Shown here: in pieces, positions 59,189 to 64,000 of the stretch
Numbering within the stretch: position 1 is the first letter of the stretch
How the letters are laid out: the number at the start of each line of letters is the position of its first letter
Assembly: GCA_963813535.1 (NCBI GenBank)
Contig: CAWEZH010000002.1
Location: 288,001 to 352,000 of the forward strand
DNA: 64,000 nucleotides
Reading direction: 5' to 3'
From: an uncultured Chloroflexia bacterium
Lineage (GTDB): Bacteria > Chloroflexota > Limnocylindria > Limnocylindrales > CSP1-4
Notes under the pieces: model-generated
Told to the model about the DNA's origin: nothing
Databases searched by the model: none
The model's input: the letters and a program-made list of their open reading frames with translations, nothing else
Program-made: the position numbers and the translations under genes

Positions 59189-60946
59189 ATGCAACAGAAA
59201 CGTCTCCTCGCCCTCGTCGGCGCGGTCGCGATCTTCGCGTCCGCGTGCGGCGGCACGACGGCGACACCGGTTCCCGCCAGCCAGGCGCCCGGCGAGTCGG
59301 CCGCCCCATCGGCCTCGGCGGCCGCGGATCTTGCAGACGAGCAGATCATCCGATGGCCCCTCGTCCAGGATCCGGCCACTCTCGATCCCACCATGGCCCA
59401 GGACTCCCAGTCCACGGCTGTCCTGACGTCGGTCCAGCGCGGCCTGGTCTACATCGACAAGGATCTGAACCTGGTGCCGGGCTTGGCCGAGTCATGGGAC
59501 ATCTCGGCGGATGCCAAGACCATCACCTTCCACCTCAAGGACGCCAAGTACAGCAACGGCGATCCGATCGTCGCGGCTGATCTGGTGTACAGCTGGAAGC
59601 GGTTGGTCGACCCACGCACGGCGGCCCCATACAACTACGTCATGGCCGAGGTCGTGGGTGGCCAGGACCTGCTCGACATGGCCGGCGCCGAACCCGCCGC
59701 GACAGATGCGGCCGTGGATGCCGCGCTCGAGAAGTTCGGCGTCGCAGCGCCGGATGAGAAGACGTTCGTCGTCACGCTCTCCATTCCGGCGACCTATTTC
59801 CTGAGCGTCGCGACGATGTGGGTCACGGTCCCGATCCAGGAGAAGTGGATCACCTCCGAAGGTGCCACGGAGACCGGCAACTATGTGGGTTCCGGGCCGT
59901 TCACCGTGGAGAGTTGGGACCACAACGCGCAGATCGTGCTGAAGCCCAACCCGAATTGGTACGGCGAGAAGCCGACGCTGACCGAGATCCAGATGCCGAT
60001 CTTCGCCGAGCTCGCAGAAGCACAACGTGCGTATGAGGCCGACGAGGTCGATTCCGTCTACCCGATCCCGGACGAGGACATCGCGCGGATCAGGGACGAT
60101 CCGGCGTTCACCGACCAGTACTCGGTGATCCCCACGCTCGGGATCGCGCACTACGATTACAACAACGGCGTCGATCCCTCAGGTGAGGGCAAGCTCGCCC
60201 GTTGTCCGGACGAAAAGACCTGCCCGACCGTCAACAAGGACTTCCGGATCGCGTTGACCCAGGCGATCGACAAGCAGGCGTTCATCGATGCCACCTTCTC
60301 CGGGATCGGCACGGTGGCCAATAGCTTCGTGATGCCGGGCCTTCCTGGCTATGACGAGACCATCGATCCATATCCCTTCAACCTCGATGAAGCCAAGGCA
60401 CACATGGACACCGCCTTGGCGGCGATGGGCTACGCCAGTGCCGCGGACATCCCAGCACTGAAGTTCGGCTTCAACACGGGCGCCGGTCACGAGCCGCGCG
60501 TCGCATTCCTCGCGGAGGCCTGGAGCCAGGCATTCGGTCTCAAGACCGAACAGATCGGCAGCGAGTTCAGCGTCTTCCTCACCCAGCGGACCGCCGGCGA
60601 GTACGACATCGCCCGGGATGCATGGGGTGCCGACTACCCGCACGCCAACAACCAGCTCAGCGGCAACTTCACCTGCGGTGGAGGAAACAACAACAGCCAG
60701 TACTGCAACCCAGCCTTTGACGCGCTCCTCCTCGAGGCGGCAAGCGAGGCTGATCCGGCGAAGCAGGAAGACCTGTACAAGCAGGCGGGGAAGATCCTCG
60801 CGGACGATGCGGCAGACCTACCGCTCCTGTACAGGGACTTCGCGACGGTCCTCAAGCCCTATGTGGACGGGGAGATCATCACGCCGATCGACCACAACAA
60901 CCCCGGCGACAAATTCGCCGAGACCATCAAGATCCTGAAGCACTAG
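59189..60946 (+). CDS. oppA: Peptide ABC transporter substrate-binding lipoprotein (OppA/DppA family)
   Basis: Lipobox FASA-C, TLDP, PGLAESW, GSGPF, R.AL..AIDK and WGADY. Confidence 0.92.
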   Translation: MQQKRLLALVGAVAIFASACGGTTATPVPASQAPGESAAPSASAAADLADEQIIRWPLVQDPATLDPTMAQDSQSTAVLTSVQRGLVYIDKDLNLVPGLAESWDISADAKTITFHLKDAKYSNGDPIVAADLVYSWKRLVDPRTAAPYNYVMAEVVGGQDLLDMAGAEPAATDAAVDAALEKFGVAAPDEKTFVVTLSIPATYFLSVATMWVTVPIQEKWITSEGATETGNYVGSGPFTVESWDHNAQIVLKPNPNWYGEKPTLTEIQMPIFAELAEAQRAYEADEVDSVYPIPDEDIARIRDDPAFTDQYSVIPTLGIAHYDYNNGVDPSGEGKLARCPDEKTCPTVNKDFRIALTQAIDKQAFIDATFSGIGTVANSFVMPGLPGYDETIDPYPFNLDEAKAHMDTALAAMGYASAADIPALKFGFNTGAGHEPRVAFLAEAWSQAFGLKTEQIGSEFSVFLTQRTAGEYDIARDAWGADYPHANNQLSGNFTCGGGNNNSQYCNPAFDALLLEAASEADPAKQEDLYKQAGKILADDAADLPLLYRDFATVLKPYVDGEIITPIDHNNPGDKFAETIKILKH

Positions 60947-60964
60947 TCGTCAACGACGACCAAC

Positions 60965-60996
60965 CGATGGGCCGGTCCTCAGGGGCCGGCTCATCG
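60965..60996 (+). terminator. Stem-loop after oppA (terminator or mRNA stabiliser)
   Basis: CGATGGGCCGGTCC-TCAG-GGGCCGGCTCATCG. Confidence 0.6.
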
Positions 60997-61045
60997 TCCA
61001 TCGACAGAGCGAACGTGAAGGCACGAGAAGACTGCGAGTGAGCCT

Positions 61046-61963
61046 GTGATCACCTACCTCACCCGGCGGATCCTCTGGATCATCCCGGTCCTGTTCGCAG
61101 TCTCGGTCATCACCTTCTTCCTGATGCACTCGGTCCCGGGCGGGCCGTGGGACGCTGAGAAACGTCTGCCGGCGGGTGTCCAGGCACGCCTCAACGCCCA
61201 ATACGGGCTCGACAAGCCCCTCTACGAGCAATATGTCCAGTGGGCGGGCGGATTCGTCACGGGGGACCTCGGACCGTCGTATCGGTCCAGGGACCGGCGG
61301 GTCAATGACATCATCGCCGACGGGATCGGCAACACGGTCCAGCTGGGCATCATGGCCTTCACGCTCTCCGTCGTCGTAGGGATCCCGCTCGGCGTCCTCG
61401 CCGCCCTCGGCCACAACCGCTGGCCGGACTACCTGTCGACCTCGATTTCGATCATCGGCATCGCCACGCCGAGCTTCGTCCTGGCGATCCTGCTGATCGT
61501 GGTGTTCAGCGTCGAACTCGGCTGGTTCCCGACCGGCGGCTGGAAAGGCCCGCAGTACTGGGTCCTGCCGACGATCGCCTTGGCTGGCTTCCCGATCGCG
61601 GTCATCGCGCGCTATACGCGCGCCTCGATGCTCGAGGTGACGCGCAAGGACTACATCCGGACGGCCCAGAGCAAGGGCCTGGGCAACCGGTCGGTCGTGT
61701 CACGTCACATGATCCGCAACGCCCTGATCCCGGTCGTCACGATCATGGGCCCGACCCTCGCATTCCTGGTCACCGGCTCATTCATCATCGAGACGATCTT
61801 CAGCGTACCGGGGATCGGTCGTTTCTACGTCTCGGCGATCAGCACTCGCGACTACAGCCTCCTGATGGCGATGACGCTGCTGTATGCGTTCGCGGTCGCC
61901 TTCCTCAACGTGGTCGTCGACGTCTTGTACGCCTACATCGACCCACGCATCCGGTATAGCTAG
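61046..61963 (+). CDS. oppB: Peptide ABC transporter permease
   Basis: PGGP, YGLDKPL, DYIRTAQSKGL and DVLYAYIDPRIR. Confidence 0.93.
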   Translation: MITYLTRRILWIIPVLFAVSVITFFLMHSVPGGPWDAEKRLPAGVQARLNAQYGLDKPLYEQYVQWAGGFVTGDLGPSYRSRDRRVNDIIADGIGNTVQLGIMAFTLSVVVGIPLGVLAALGHNRWPDYLSTSISIIGIATPSFVLAILLIVVFSVELGWFPTGGWKGPQYWVLPTIALAGFPIAVIARYTRASMLEVTRKDYIRTAQSKGLGNRSVVSRHMIRNALIPVVTIMGPTLAFLVTGSFIIETIFSVPGIGRFYVSAISTRDYSLLMAMTLLYAFAVAFLNVVVDVLYAYIDPRIRYS

Positions 61964-61972
61964 GAGCGGACG

Positions 61973-62914
61973 ATGGCAACGCAAACCGTCGTCGAGGGTC
62001 GCACCGCTCGACCGCGCGCCACCGCCGGCCTGTGGAGCGACGCGTGGGGCCGCCTGCGCAGGAATCGGCTCGCCGTCGTCGGTCTGATCCTCGTCCTCTG
62101 GTTGCTGTTCGTCGGCATCTTCGGGCCGCTCATCGCGCCGTACCCGTACTCGCAGCAAGATCTGAAAGCCGTCTTCGCGGCGGGTGGCGGCCCGTTGCCG
62201 CCGCTGAGTCCCGGGCACATCCTCGGGACGGATCAGCTGGGTCGCGATCTCCTCAGCCGCCTACTCGACGGCGCGCGGATCAGCGTCACCGTGGCCCTCG
62301 TCGTGCAGGTCGTCATCCTCGGGATCGGTGTTCCGATCGGTGCCCTCGCTGGTTGGTTCGGCGGTCGCCTCGACAACATCCTGATGCGGTTCACGGACAT
62401 CATCTATGCCTTTCCCGACCTGCTGTTCATCATCCTGCTGTCGGTCGCCTTCCGGGAGACGGTCTTCGGGCAGGCGCTCGACGGCCTGTTGCTGGTGTTC
62501 GTCGCCATCGGCCTGACATCGTGGGTCACGGTGGCCCGGCTCGTCCGTGGACAGTTGCTCGCGCTCAAGGAAACGGAGTTCGTCGAGGCGGCGAGAGCGA
62601 TCGGCGTGTCGGATCGCAGGATCGTCACCAAGCACCTGCTGCCGAACGGCATGGGCCCGATCATCGTGGCCGTGACCCTCGGGATCCCGGCCGCGATCCT
62701 CGCCGAGGCGACGCTGGCGTACATCGGCGTCGGAGTCCAGCCGCCGCGGGCGTCGTGGGGCAGCCTCATCGCCGAGGGCCAGAAGTACATGCGCTCGGAG
62801 CCGTTCCTCGTGTTCTTCCCGGCCGTGGCCATCGCCCTCGCGCTGATCGGCTTCACCTTCCTGGGTGACGGGCTGCGCGACGCGCTCGATCCGAAGCTGA
62901 AGGGAAAGCAGTAG
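61973..62914 (+). CDS. oppC: Peptide ABC transporter permease
   Basis: HILGTDQLGRDL, EFVEAARAIG and GDGLRDALDPK. Confidence 0.93.
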   Translation: MATQTVVEGRTARPRATAGLWSDAWGRLRRNRLAVVGLILVLWLLFVGIFGPLIAPYPYSQQDLKAVFAAGGGPLPPLSPGHILGTDQLGRDLLSRLLDGARISVTVALVVQVVILGIGVPIGALAGWFGGRLDNILMRFTDIIYAFPDLLFIILLSVAFRETVFGQALDGLLLVFVAIGLTSWVTVARLVRGQLLALKETEFVEAARAIGVSDRRIVTKHLLPNGMGPIIVAVTLGIPAAILAEATLAYIGVGVQPPRASWGSLIAEGQKYMRSEPFLVFFPAVAIALALIGFTFLGDGLRDALDPKLKGKQ

Positions 62915-64000
62915 GTGGCGACGGTCGACGACACCACCATGGACCCCGACGCACCGACCATCATCGAGGTGTCACCGGACGACGCACGCAAGGTCCAGGC
63001 ACCGCCGGAGCCAGCTGCCGCGAAGGACCGCAAGGCCGACAACCTCCTGACAGTGACCGGGCTGTCCACCCACTTCTTCACGCCAGAGGGTGTCGTCCAC
63101 GCGGTCGACGACGTCAGCTTCGAGCTGGGCTACGGCGAAACGCTTGGGCTCGTTGGTGAGTCGGGCTGCGGCAAGAGCGTTACGGCGCTGTCGATCGCCC
63201 GGCTCGTCCCGGACCCGCCCGGACGGATCGTCAGCGGTGAGATCGTCTTTGACGGGATCGACGTCCTCAAGATGAACGAGACCGACATGCGACACCTCCG
63301 CGGCAAGGAGATCGGCTTCATCTTCCAGGACCCGCTCACCAGCCTGAACCCGACGTTGACCATCGGCTACCAGATCTCCGAGTCGATCCGCCTGCACATG
63401 GGCCTGTCCCAGAAGGCCTCACTCGAGCGCGTTGCGGAGCTCCTCGGGAAGGTCGGCATCCCACGGGCCAAGGACCGGCTGAACGACTATCCGCACCAGT
63501 TCTCGGGCGGCATGCGTCAGCGCGTGATGATCGCTATCGCACTATCGTGCGACCCGAAACTGATCCTCGCGGACGAGCCGACCACGGCCCTCGACGTCAC
63601 CATCCAGGCGCAGATCCTCGAGCTCATCCAGCGGCTGTCCGATGAGTTTCACACCGCCGTGCTGATGATCACCCACGACCTCGGCATCGCGGCCGGCATG
63701 TGCGATCGCGTCAATGTGATGTATGCCGGTCGGATCGTCGAGACCGGAACGGTCGACGAGCTCTTCGAGAAGCCCCGCATGCCGTACTCCTGGGGCCTGC
63801 TCGACTCGCTCCCGCGGCTCGACGACATCCGAGGTGACCGGCTCCGGACGATCGAGGGGCTGCCGCCATTCCTGGTCGACCCGCCGGATGCGTGCCGGTT
63901 CGAGCCGCGCTGCCGCTTCGCACGAGATACGTGTCGCACGAAGGAGCCGGAGCTGACCCGCCGCGGGGAGACCCGCCACCTCGCCCGCTGCTGGGCGACG
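62915..64000 (+). CDS. oppD: Peptide ABC transporter ATP-binding protein (partial, runs off window end)
   Basis: Manual translation gives [36 protein letters not shown] and CRFEPRC. Confidence 0.93.
   Translation, partial: MATVDDTTMDPDAPTIIEVSPDDARKVQAPPEPAAAKDRKADNLLTVTGLSTHFFTPEGVVHAVDDVSFELGYGETLGLVGESGCGKSVTALSIARLVPDPPGRIVSGEIVFDGIDVLKMNETDMRHLRGKEIGFIFQDPLTSLNPTLTIGYQISESIRLHMGLSQKASLERVAELLGKVGIPRAKDRLNDYPHQFSGGMRQRVMIAIALSCDPKLILADEPTTALDVTIQAQILELIQRLSDEFHTAVLMITHDLGIAAGMCDRVNVMYAGRIVETGTVDELFEKPRMPYSWGLLDSLPRLDDIRGDRLRTIEGLPPFLVDPPDACRFEPRCRFARDTCRTKEPELTRRGETRHLARCWAT

Overview
A high-GC (roughly 70%, estimated by eye) bacterial chromosomal segment made almost entirely of core genes. 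Gene content suggests a monoderm, probably Chloroflexota; this is inference. From left to right it holds: small stress/repair genes, a LemA plus GIDE-like pair, plsC and a UbiA prenyltransferase, a divergent parAB operon, a propionyl-CoA carboxylase/methylmalonyl-CoA mutase/epimerase operon, sucCD, an ECF sigma/anti-sigma pair, a frameshifted isocitrate dehydrogenase, a three-subunit Sdh1-type succinate dehydrogenase, rnhA, RNase P RNA, a LysM membrane protein, a division/cell-wall (dcw) cluster from mraZ to ftsZ followed by yggS/T/U, tRNA-Val(CAC), an MFS transporter, aconitase, the glycine cleavage operon and an opp/dpp ABC transporter. I saw no integrase, transposase, phage gene or CRISPR array. 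The strongest hidden signal is a candidate non-canonical ParABS system. The palindrome TGTCYTTGCGCAAAGACA occurs four times within 4.6 kb around parAB, once inside parB itself, and this ParB has altered specificity residues. Other leads are a candidate anti-Shine-Dalgarno sRNA near 49.5 kb, a structured oppA leader, small unannotated proteins in the dcw and gcv operons, two genes apparently lacking a canonical start codon, and frequent leaderless gene starts.
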